DNA of 64,000 nucleotides, taken from the NCBI RefSeq assembly GCF_964204645.1, contig NC_134025.1, forward strand, positions 20,187,101 to 20,251,100, in the 5' to 3' direction. This DNA is from Tubulanus polymorphus. Its lineage: Eukaryota > Animalia > Nemertea. The notes under the pieces are model-generated. The model made no database searches. It was not told the DNA's origin and worked only from the letters and a program-made list of their open reading frames with translations. Of this stretch, positions 40,957 through 52,313 are shown one piece after another; within the stretch, counting starts at the first letter, position 1, and the number at the start of each line of letters is the position of its first letter. A program made the position numbers and the translations under genes.

Positions 40957-41088
40957 CGTAGTCTGATGATAAAGGGACAAAGTAGTAGGACGCAACGTAG
41001 GGCTGTTGTCACTGTTGCCATCTTCAACAGGTCGCACATGAATGCAGCTATTTCCGAGAGGACAATCGACATCCAGCAAATGACTAGT
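40957..41088 (-). CDS. Kinase gene, putative upstream exon (paralogous to 39003-39290)
   Basis: tttttcag acceptor; VEDGNSD..HQTT resembles IEDGGDS..RQTT; donor uncertain; start exon not found. Confidence 0.4.
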
Positions 41089-42559
41089 CTGAAAAAAAAA
41101 TTTCAATATAGCTGCAAAGCACAATTACTGGTTTTCTGCATTATATTATGTTAGTCAGAAAATAACCAATTAATCATATATGCCATAAAAATACTTAGAT
41201 TTTCAGAATGTTAAAACATTTCTGTAACTATCCCGTAACTACTTAGTCTGAATACCAGTCGTTGTTACGGTTCCCTACAACTGTTTCAGGAACAACGGCT
41301 AGGTACTAGACTAGTAACTACTCAGAGTTGTTTTTTTTTTCAAATAATAAAAAGAACAAGACATTTCTAAAACCACGGGTCTAGGGATACCGTTTCCACT
41401 TGGCAGCAGTTTGAAATACTCAACAATGTTATAATAGCAGTATTCAATGCCCCTGGTGACCATATACAAATATACATTAGCGACACAAGTATACATGATC
41501 GGGATCAAGATAATTGAAGCATCTTCAAAATTTCCCTTGAAAACTTCAAAAATGTTAAAAAAGCCATTTCGACAAACAAAATGGCCACAAGTCAGCCATC
41601 TTGATTCTGACATGGGCCAGTTTTTGAGTTGTCTATTGTAGGGTACATTATAAACAGAATATCAAGATAATTCCTTGAAGCGTCAGAAAAAAACTTCCCA
41701 AATTGACTGGACGTCCACCGGACAAAAGCCGTGGTGTGGGCTAAGAAAGATTTGAAAGTTCTAAATAATTAGAAAGAGACATAGGCAAAGACAAAGTCCT
41801 ATGACCTACAGACTGCATATTGATGTTTTTGATAGAAGCGAATTTCGTGTTCCTGTTCATCTATTCTGTAAACTACGTCCGATTAACGTAAACCTTCTTT
41901 CTCAAACGCAATGACAACTTTATTGAAACAGTTCCAGACTGACACTGACAGCAGTACGACACTTCGAACTTAGTGAGGTTTCTAAAAAGATACAGGAAAC
42001 TGCAACTGGTCAACATGTACAAAATACCACCTGGATATTTAGCAGGAGTAGAAAGCCAAGTACTTACTACTATTTTCTGAATGCTTTACCTTTACTTCGA
42101 AAACGAACTGATATTCATCATTGGGAAAACCCAAAAGCTACTTTCGTTTTAACAGCTGAAAGTGGCAGCACTTACCTACGTACGGAAGTGTCCTGAGGAC
42201 ATTAAAATAATGCAAAATAAAAAAAACAAAAAATCCTATTTTTGAATCAAAGCATCCTATTTGTGAATAAAGAAATTCTATTTTTGAATAAAATAAATCT
42301 TATTTTTTAACTAGGGGTCCAGGGAAACCATATATATGCCACTTAAGAAGTGGTTTCAGATGCTGAACATGCGATCTAACGATTTTAATATTCAACGCCC
42401 CCTGGTGATACTACTTAAACCAATGACCTTGATAATCACCACAATCGTCAAGTCACAACAGTCATAGAACGGGTTTGGCTATTCTGATGACAGGATCATG
42501 TTTCGTCAATCAGTAATAGACTAGTTTTCGTTTTCGACGTTTATATATGATTGGTATTG

Positions 42560-43500
42560 ATCAACTCTGAACCAGCTGTCGTATAGGAAGATCGTGTCAG
42601 TGAATATGGAGTGTTCTAGCACAGGAACGACATAAAGTAAGGAACAATTTGGAGAACGTACTCGTGAGTTGTACACTTTGTTTGGTTTAAGGTCGAGAGG
42701 AGGGCAAAACTGCCAACACAGCGTATTTGTGATTGTGATAATCAAAGAACTTGTGGTGAGAGAATAAATAGCCTTGGAGGCCTGTTGAAATTGGTTACGG
42801 TCAATGGTCGGCCCGGTAGCGTATTGTACTAATAATATCAGAACTGCACACCGATTGCGCACCGTTTGCAATGATGGTGGAGAGTTTCTAGGGTCTGCAA
42901 CGAAGACTTCAAAGCAGACCCTCAATCCTTGATTCAGAAGTGTAAATTATTATTTTGAATTCGATGTATTCCTCCTAAGATGTCTTGTTTTACGATTTTA
43001 TCTGAAAAAGACGAATAAATTAATTGACATGGATATTGAATATTAAATGTGTTTATTGTGGAAAAGATCCTCTGTGAATTATTTGAAAGGAATTTTTCAC
43101 AAAATTTCACAGGAGGAAATCGCAGAGGGTAGATATTGAAATACAAGTGGATGAGACTAGGAACATTTAAAGCGCTTGATGACACGGTCGAGACGGGCAA
43201 GGTCTGGCGATATATGAAAGTATAAAATAGGAAATTCTTAGTAGCAGCTGAAATGATGATTTGGTACATGATCCTGAGACATAGAAATGGTCAAACCCGT
43301 TTTGGCGTGATAAATGGTTGGACAACGATCAGTGAAACTTCCCAACAAATCTGAGAAGTTAACTAGATTTTTTTGGACTTCATTGAAAAGATCGAATGAG
43401 GAAATCGCCTCCAATATCAACATAAGTAAAAATTCAGGATGCGATATAAACAATTTCCCGTCGAGATTTCCTCCCAGAAATTATGTATATTTACAAGTTA
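42560..43500 (-). pseudogene. Possible highly degenerate LINE RT fragment
   Basis: Weak RT-thumb-like peptides across broken frames. Confidence 0.25.
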
Positions 43501-43650
43501 AAGCTTTAGACTAATTTTAAATATAATTTTAAATAAATCACACGAGCTTAATCATTTTGGGTTCTAAAAAATAAAATAAACTTTCTTTAAATATCTCAAA
43601 CCGTTTTTCTAAAAACGACCCCTATCGGCCCGGGACATTTACTTAATAAT

Positions 43651-46600
43651 ATTTATTTATTTATTTCGCCATGTACATATGCAGTATAAATGATATATAG
43701 ATTATAAACAATTTACATACATACGAGGCTGGATGCTTGGAAAGCCAATGGAGGCTGTGTCCTGTAGGGATCCAAGCACCCAGAAAAAAAATTCAAAATT
43801 TAATGAAATTAGGTAGAATGAGGGTGAAATGGAAACGCGAAATGGGAGTAATCTGTCCGCTGTAGAAGTTTTAGATACATCAGTTTGATTCATTAACTTC
43901 AAAGAATTGTGCTTTAAATGACTTAAGACCAGAATTGGATTTGGGTTCAATAGCCATTAATTTCCTTAAATCTGTTTATTAGAGTGTGGACTGTTGGAGC
44001 ATTTTTGATTGAGGAATTTTGAGTTTGCCAGATAATTGGTATTTTTCCAAGAACAGATCTATTATATAAACTTGATGAATAGGCAGCAACTCTCGGATAG
44101 TCTCTTTGTCTAGTATTATAGTTGTGGTTGAATGAGTTTTTTTGAAAGATAGCAAGAATGGGCCGAGGAAGGCTAGTTTTAGTATATCTATAGCCAGTTT
44201 TAACCAATTCCAGTTTATTCAAGTCGTCAAGCTTCAAGATTTTCATAGATTTGAATAATGGATTAGATGGTGCTCGGGAAGTAGAGTTGAAAATCGTTCG
44301 TACTGCTCGCTTCTGTAATTTGAATAAGTGGTCTAAATTTTTCTTTGTTATGAGTGGAGCCCACAAATTCAGACAATACATTAAGTGACTATGCACATAA
44401 CTGAAATAGAAAATCTTCTTTATCCATTGTGGAACAAAATTTTTTTATACATCTAATCAAATACAGGTTTTGTTGATTTTTGAAATTATACTTCGGACAT
44501 GCTCTTCAAAAGTTAAGTTCTCGTCAATATTAAGTCCTAGTAAAGTAAAGCTAGTCACCCTCTTTATTGTGTCATTTCCAAATTTTAGTTCTATATCGTC
44601 GAAATTTACTTTAAACGAACGTGGTTTAAATAGCATATATGCTGTTTTGCTGATATTCAGGGTTAATTTATTAGCTTTAAACCAGTCAATAATAGAAATT
44701 AAGTCAGATTTGACATTTTGCACAAGTAATCTCAAGTTTTTTTCACTTGCTACTAGTGTACTGTCATCTGCAAAAAGAATAGATTTACAATACTTTAGGG
44801 ACCCCGACAAATCATTTGTATAAATAATAAAAAGCAGTGGCCCTAAAATTGAGCCCTGTGGTATTCCATAGTCGAAATTTTTAATACGAGACTTAGAATT
44901 TCTAAATTCAACAAACATTTTTCGATTTTTCAGGTAACTTGTGAACCATTTTAGGGCTGTTCCCCGAATTCCAAGATATGATAGTTTAGATAAAAGAATG
45001 TCAATGTCTAGTGAATCGAATGCTTTCGAAAGATCTAAATATATACTTAACATAAATTGTTTAGAATCAATAGTGTCTATGGCATGACTCAAGAATTCTT
45101 ATAGGGCATCGCAGGTCGAGTGATTTTCTCTAAATCCGTATTGACTTGGATAAAGTAAACTAAATCTTTTAATGAAAGTATATAGCCGTTTGTGTACTAT
45201 TCTTTCAAGAACTTTTGATAAAACTGGCAAAAGAGAAATAGGTCTGTAATTATTCATATCGTCCTTACTTTTATTTTTGTATATAGGAATAACTTTGGCA
45301 ATTTTCATGCTGGTAGGGAAGTGACCTTCAGCCATTGACTTATTGACAGTAAGTGGTTCAGCTATTTCATGGCCAATGGACCTGATCAAAATATTGTTCA
45401 AATCATCGTGTCCACAGCTGGATTTACTTGGGAGATTGTGAATAACTTTTAATACCTCGTTAGGATCTGTGGGGAAGAGAAAAATAGAAGATTCATTACG
45501 GTTTCGAAGATATTTGTCAAAAGATTTATTTGAAATGGGAATTTTTGAGGCGTACGATTTACCCAATGTACTAAAAAAATCATTGAATGAATTACTTATT
45601 TCAAGTGGTTCATTGATAACCCTCCCACTCACAGTAAATGAATCGGAAGTAATACTGGTTTTATCATTTTGTTTCCCAATGATTATTTTTAAGAAGCTCC
45701 AAAGTTGTTTGGCATTATCTTTATATGTTAGAATTCTTTTGCCGTAATATGCCTTTTTAGCTCGACGTTTGATGTAGTTCAGATTATTACGATAATTTAA
45801 ATACGCGATGTAACGAGGATCGGTTTTATTTAAGCCAATGACTTTTCTATAGATTCTATCTTTCTTTTTGGTAGCTTTACATAAGCCTGTTGTCATCCAT
45901 GGCTCAATGATAACAGTTTTTTTTTATAGGTGTTTGATATACAGGGGGAAATGTCATCTAATACAGTTTTAATGTTTTCAATGATATGATTGTATCCCTC
46001 TTCGCTACTTAGATTATTAATTTGGTTCCAGTCCTTTCTCAAAAGGGAATTTCTGATATGAAAAATTTTTTTTTCAGATAGATCTCTATAAGTATATTGA
46101 TGAGTAATTGTTTTAGAGGTATGATTTTTAAGTTTAATAGATACAAGGCACGGTAGGTGATCAGATAAGTGTGATGTCAAGATGAAACTCTCATAATCCA
46201 ATAACTCATGAGATAGATAAATATTGTCAATTAGAGTAGCTGTTGAATGAGTGATGCGAGTTGGCTTAGTTATTGTTGGCAGAAGATTATGATCAAAATT
46301 ATGTATCATCAAAATTATTATCAAACTTATCAAAATTGGAGAAATTCCGCTGTATTTCTGTGACAGTTGGTTTTTATTAGGTCTAGATTTTGATCCATTC
46401 CTAAAATCTTCAATTTATTTTCTAATTCAATTTTATCCAATAATGAATTATAGTCATCTATGAATTCAAGCCCACTTGTACCTGGAACTCTATAAATTTC
46501 ACCAATTATGAAGTTTTTGTTATTCGGTCTAGAAATTTCAATGATACAGGATTCAAAATGGCCTTCTTTGAAAATTGTTAAGTCGTCTCTGATTTTGGAG

Positions 46601-46882
46601 TTATATTTATTACTAACAAAAATTGCAACACCACCTCTCTTTCCTGACTTTCTATGTTTCTCGTAGAGTTTATAACCGGGAATGGTAAATAGATCTGAAT
46701 TTTGGTCATCCATGAAGGTTTCACACAGGAGTAATATGTCGATTTCGCAATTTGATTTTTTACAGGTTTCTAATAAGAGTTTAAGGTCGTTTATTTTTGC
46801 TGGAATACTGTGTATATTTAAATGAATTATGTTAAGATTTCCATGGGTTTCATAGTGAAATATATCATGCGCTTCAATGTAT
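43651..46882 (-). mobile_element. CR1/L2-group LINE ORF2 (APE + RT), frameshifted, with 3' UTR and (TAAA)n tail
   Basis: HLNIHS, LCETF, GGVAIF, PTRIT..TLIDNIY, SDHLP; YRPISLL, DLSKAFD, GIPQGSILGP, FADDS; split across 5 ORFs. Confidence 0.9.
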
Positions 46883-48151
46883 TGATACACCGGTCACAAT
46901 CCTCTCCTTAATCGTTGAATATAAAAACGTAAAGATCGGTCCCTGGCGAGAGAACGTGTCCGTGCACAAACCCAAATAATCAAACTAAAATGCCGAAATT
47001 CTGATTGAATATAATAATAATAATATAGATTTTATTTACCTTGATGATAGTAATAACTCCAGATAGTACACAGTCCAATTCCTAACTCCAAATTCCTATT
47101 GTACACTACTGTTGGTAACCCGTCTTAACTCTGGTATTTCCACCCAAACCTCAAGTATCTCTAACGAGCGTCCCTGGTAAGTCTGCTTTCTCAAGACTGC
47201 GGGCCTTTTTTATAGAAAAGATCGACATTCCTAGAATGCCGACTCTCCCGTTCGACTTTTGGCAAGGAGCAGCAACCTAGCTGTCATGACGGTTTTGGAC
47301 ATGTAGAATTAGCCTTAATGATTCGCTAATCTAAAATTATTTGAGAAACTGATTTGCCAAAGTAACTTTTCTTTCCAACCCTCCTGTCATAACGCGCTTT
47401 GATTTACTCACTCCCTACTCATCATCGTTGAGAGAGCAGCTATTCTCTACGAGTTACCAACAGACATGTACACCAACAGAAACCTTAGAGAGCTAGTATT
47501 GATATTTGCCACAATTAAACTTCCATAAAACTTAAGCGATTATAAAGGTCTTGTCCTTAATTAACATCCAGGATACTTAATTTAGATATATTTTCAAAAC
47601 TTAGTTTTCACCTAGATTATGGAACAAACTCATCGTTTCTTTTTCCAATCAACAATAGTAAACTTTTGATTCAGAAATACAATGTAATTAATTATCAAAT
47701 CTAAAATCATTCTATACTTATTATACCAATTTTCATTTATAATTTAACTAACTCTATAATACTACAGGATAAAGCAAAACAACCATGTCTCCCTATACTT
47801 CCGGTTCTTCCTTTTATAGAAAGTAGTCGGGAGTATCAAGAAGTAACAGCGAGATCCCTGCACAAACCACACTATCAAAGCACCTCATCGTTCCGACCCA
47901 ACCAATTACGTCTATCCTTAAGTTTTTTAAAAATAATTCTGAATGTTTGCCAGATATCGACGCACAAGAACCGAGGAAGAATTATTTTTACCCCTGGCTG
48001 ATTTATTGTCAGCGCTGGTAGATCAAAGCATCAAACAACAACTTGCACACATCGTTTGCTGTCTGATACCCATAAAGAAACCACCAACGTAAACAAAAAC
48101 CATCATTACAGACATTCTTTAGTTACTACGGAATCTTGCTGCGGATCATCA
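46883..48151 (-). repeat. 3' LTR (1269 bp)
   Basis: TG...CA termini; line-by-line identical to 60623-61891. Confidence 0.97.
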
Positions 48152-48161
48152 CTCCCTATCC
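48152..48161 (-). other. Polypurine tract
   Basis: GGATAGGGAG immediately before the 3' LTR on the minus strand. Confidence 0.6.
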
Positions 48162-49633
48162 AGTTTAAATTTCGTCCCGAAATTTTGAATTTAAACCAAC
48201 TCGTGAATATCCCGCTGATACCTCTAGAACAAATCCTGAAAAAGAACATTAGTAAACAATTCATTATAACGAGTAACGAGTTTGACACTACAACGCATAT
48301 TAAAGTTCATGATATAGTATATCATAAAACCGCATTTAAAGTTCCGGATACCCAATCGGAAAAAAGTTCATTCGAGACCGCTGTCCCCGCACACTAAACA
48401 CTCGAAAGTTAAGCACAAAACAGTTCACAGTTTGAGTTTAGAATTTACCGCGAAGTGACGCAACAGCTACCAGACACAACAAGGTACGTCATGGACGGAC
48501 GAATGACGTCATCCACCGCAGTTCCTCGAAGCGCGTACTGCTACGTTGATAGTACGGCAAAACGCATTCATGTTCAGCTGATACTTGCTCGCTATTCATA
48601 GACGCTATAGTACTACGGTTACTATATCGGAGTCTTTTCTCCACAGTTACTATAGAAACGGAACAGTAATGTATTCGCATCTTACGGCTTGAGCGAACAA
48701 CATTCCATCGAATGTTAATGGAACTACAAGGGAGCCATCTTGAACACACTCGGCTTTACTCCGCTAAAATGTCTACGGAAATTATCACTTTTCTTCATAT
48801 TTCGTATCGCATTGGCCAGGTGTCTTTGTCCACCCTTCATCACTTAAGTTTGTGAGTATATAACAGGTCTTCGAGAGTGACAAACACCACTAACAATGGC
48901 CAGAATCGCATGACTAATCATCGAGCATGATTCCATCCGGTTAAAACCAACGCCCAAAGTTCGCTGTTGTACGTCGTATATTCGCTCCGTTTCTTTGTTA
49001 TTTGACGAATCGGCAAATTAATATCACTCATCTCGACCAGAGCATACCAGTTGTTGGTTTATCATACTATCAGTTGCGTCGAATAGAGTCTCAGGATACC
49101 TCCCAACAAGTCCCCATCTCCATATGGTCACTATCAGGGGGGTACCCGTCGACATCTATTGCGGTTGACAGAAGAAGGCATTCTTCCATCAAGGTGCTGT
49201 CATATCTCGACGGTCCCATCTTCACACATCCGATAAGGGTACCTTACAATCAAATAAAAACACAGAGATTATATAAAAATTTCATAACTCTTCCTTTTCT
49301 ATCTGACAATTAACAACTTCTACTCAGACTACGGATAATAAACACTGGAGATTATTGATATTACGGCGATAGGCCAATAACACGACAGTTAAACCTATAA
49401 TCTATGTTTATTTTATGGTTGTCTTTATCTCACATAACTTAAAGGCTTAATAGTACTTATTCCTAATATATCTGTGTTTCATCATCATATAATAACAACT
49501 TTCCGACAATTTTGCAGGACATATGCATCCTGACCTTATTACTGATTAAATTATACTTACGTCAAATCCAATGAGGGCATTCGAACACCCTTATTCAGAA
49601 TAGCTATTCTTAAATAGCTTTCAAATACTGCCC

Positions 49634-52267
49634 TCAGTACAGATATGGGTACAGCCTACTGGCATCAGCCAATAGCGAATTCCTGGGAATCCCCACCGAA
49701 TAGTCTGGTGGCGACAGATCGCCGCCAGGGGAAGCTGTGAGTGCCAGTATACCGGGCCCATGCTCAGTCCGAGCCTCATCATGTATAACCACGATCTCGG
49801 GTTCCACAGACGAAACTGTCAGCTGGGTCGCTTCTCGTAGTTCGGTAGTAAACGACCGATAAACCGCAACAACCACAACCTTACTCGGAACTGACACGAG
49901 CTGTCTCATTGTGAAGAGACTTACTCGTAGGGGAACCGAGCAGGAAGTCGGCAGATTATACATCGTCCCTTGCGAACAAGTCAGTTGCTTAGCCTGCCAG
50001 GTTAAGTTCAAGCGGGCGACTCCACAAATGACTCGCAACGCAACCTTAGTAAGAGCTGGAGGCTCGAAACAACATCTCGTTTCACAACCGGACAATGTTA
50101 GTAGAGGCAAGTCCAATGTCTGAATTCCATTCTTAAGCCTTATGGCTAGCCTAACCGGATATTTTCCCGGTGAACAAGGTGCAGGCAAACAGTGTCGGCA
50201 CCTATAGCACATAGCACGCAATAAAGGTCTGAACACAATTATAACTATACCTACTACAATAACTAAGAACAGGACGACATCGACGCGCACATTCTTGGCT
50301 GTGACAACCTCCCGAATGACCGTATTATTCCAGCCACCTCGTTGTAGGTCATGGATAGCGGGGTGAACAGTCACCATAGCTTCAGCGGTCGGAAGAAGTC
50401 CTGCTCCCAGAATTGATAAGGACCCTTGCGACTTTAGCAAAACGAATATTGAGAGCAGCATGCTGCCCGCAGAGAGACCAATAGCGAGCCAAGTGAGCCA
50501 CCCTGTACCGGTTCCAGACGAAATAACAGGTTCAGAATGATCAAATAAAGCGTCTGCTTGCGATCGGTACAGTTTAGCGTCAGTTTGAACGGTTCTTGCT
50601 AACTTTTTGAAATCCATGCTAAATTTAGTGTCCACCGCAGCCACTTTTGACCAGTTATTAGCCTTGAAATCCAAACTAGGCAGCGGTGCGTATGGCGTGC
50701 CCTGGAACATTGTCGCTCCAGTAACGTTGGACACTACATTCTTTGAAAAGAAACTATGTAGGACTGGTAAATTAACAGCGTGCGCAATGGTCACCGTGTC
50801 TTGGTTAATACATTTGTTAATTCTACCGGGCACAAAAAATTTTGATCCACGCAATGCACATGCACACCCAATTTTTACCAAACAAAAACGACATGCTTTT
50901 ATTGCTTTTGGTGACTTGCCAGGGCAGGCGAGAGTCCAAAAATCGTCAGTGCCTGAAACAACAAAGTAGCCATCCCCTACGTCGACTGCCAGTTCGGCCA
51001 GGCCCTGGACCTCATACCGTATGTGGCATAATGCTAGCACCTGTGAGGGTTTATCGAAGAAAAGGCTACTCAGGCATGATTCTACGGTTGCTTCGCGCAT
51101 GGACACGCGCTGCCGGCAAGTCATCACATCGGTTCCATAACAAGTAGCAAATATATCGTGACCCATTTCAGTGTAGTAACTACCGTCCCTAGTAGCGCCA
51201 AAATAAGGGGCTGTACCAACAATCATTGAAGTGTTATAGGACGTTGCGTTTATTGGCACTGGCATTAAGACAACCGAGTATAAATCAAAATATGTCTGAC
51301 CAGATTGCAAGGGGATTTTGATTGATATGTAAACAAATTTATCGGTCTTAGTAAAGCACACATCCTTAACTATGTAATAATAGCCTACATCCCTATTAGC
51401 TATTGAAAACCCAGAATGCATCCTATTCAATTTTTCGGACACATCGTCAAGAACCTTCGAAACCATTTTTGGATTAACCAGGGCTCTAGGCAAATATCCC
51501 TCCAATAACTTTTCAACCCCCTGCAACCACTCACTGGAAACTGCCGTCAGTCGTTCCACTAGGATGATATTTCTTATTGTCATGTCAGACGCCAATGCTA
51601 GCATACTCGCATCGACACTTTGCTTTAGCAGTGTCGTTCGAATTGATTTAAGTTCTTTTGAATTGGCCACGTATGCAGAGGTCAGGCTACTGATTCGTTT
51701 GTCAGTCGCGTTAATAAATGAAGAGAGTGTCCCCTGTATGTGGGTGATTTGATCCGAATTCAACTTGACTATTTTTTCTACTTTTTCGACGTGATTTTCT
51801 ACTTGCTGAACTTCATCTTCGGTAGCAGTACCGAACAAGGAAGACGAAATCGATCCGATAAATGAAAGTGGTGCACGTTTGACCCTGCGCCCACTGGCGT
51901 GTCGTTTCTTTCGTGAGTCGGTATCTGCAGCATCAGGTATCATTTGTCTCATATCAGCCAATTGTCCCCTGATATGGGTCAACGTGTCTAACTGTAGGCG
52001 ATGCGCCTCACGAAACATTTCCAAATAGCCGGAGCAGTGAGAACGAAGTTCTGGCTGGACAAGAGAACAGCGTAGCCGCAAGCCTTTACTCGGGGGGTCA
52101 TTAACAACTAGCCATGGTATCGCGAACGTGTGAAACCAGGCACTGTCGCCATTATGGACTCCTCCAATCCGATGAAAGGCGACACCATAGTTTGGCCTCA
52201 AGACCGTCGAGGGCATCAGACAATAGGCCGACGACCATATGGCCACCAAGATTACGACAATTTGCAT
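49634..52267 (-). CDS. env: Envelope (class I fusion, F-like) polyprotein, 877 aa
   Basis: Signal peptide MQIVVILVAIWSSAYC, furin site RRVKR, fusion peptide APLSFIGSISSSLFGTAT, heptad region, Cys-rich ectodomain, TM segments; tttttcag acceptor 1 nt before ATG. Confidence 0.88.
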   Translation of the reverse strand: MQIVVILVAIWSSAYCLMPSTVLRPNYGVAFHRIGGVHNGDSAWFHTFAIPWLVVNDPPSKGLRLRCSLVQPELRSHCSGYLEMFREAHRLQLDTLTHIRGQLADMRQMIPDAADTDSRKKRHASGRRVKRAPLSFIGSISSSLFGTATEDEVQQVENHVEKVEKIVKLNSDQITHIQGTLSSFINATDKRISSLTSAYVANSKELKSIRTTLLKQSVDASMLALASDMTIRNIILVERLTAVSSEWLQGVEKLLEGYLPRALVNPKMVSKVLDDVSEKLNRMHSGFSIANRDVGYYYIVKDVCFTKTDKFVYISIKIPLQSGQTYFDLYSVVLMPVPINATSYNTSMIVGTAPYFGATRDGSYYTEMGHDIFATCYGTDVMTCRQRVSMREATVESCLSSLFFDKPSQVLALCHIRYEVQGLAELAVDVGDGYFVVSGTDDFWTLACPGKSPKAIKACRFCLVKIGCACALRGSKFFVPGRINKCINQDTVTIAHAVNLPVLHSFFSKNVVSNVTGATMFQGTPYAPLPSLDFKANNWSKVAAVDTKFSMDFKKLARTVQTDAKLYRSQADALFDHSEPVISSGTGTGWLTWLAIGLSAGSMLLSIFVLLKSQGSLSILGAGLLPTAEAMVTVHPAIHDLQRGGWNNTVIREVVTAKNVRVDVVLFLVIVVGIVIIVFRPLLRAMCYRCRHCLPAPCSPGKYPVRLAIRLKNGIQTLDLPLLTLSGCETRCCFEPPALTKVALRVICGVARLNLTWQAKQLTCSQGTMYNLPTSCSVPLRVSLFTMRQLVSVPSKVVVVAVYRSFTTELREATQLTVSSVEPEIVVIHDEARTEHGPGILALTASPGGDLSPPDYSVGIPRNSLLADASRLYPYLY

Positions 52268-52313
52268 CCTGAAAAATAGGGATAGCAAGAATCAGTAATC
52301 TCGAAACCACGTA

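Noticed and set aside
42480-42540. Hammerhead ribozyme (CTGATGA)
   Set aside because: No correctly placed GAAA and stems on the same strand
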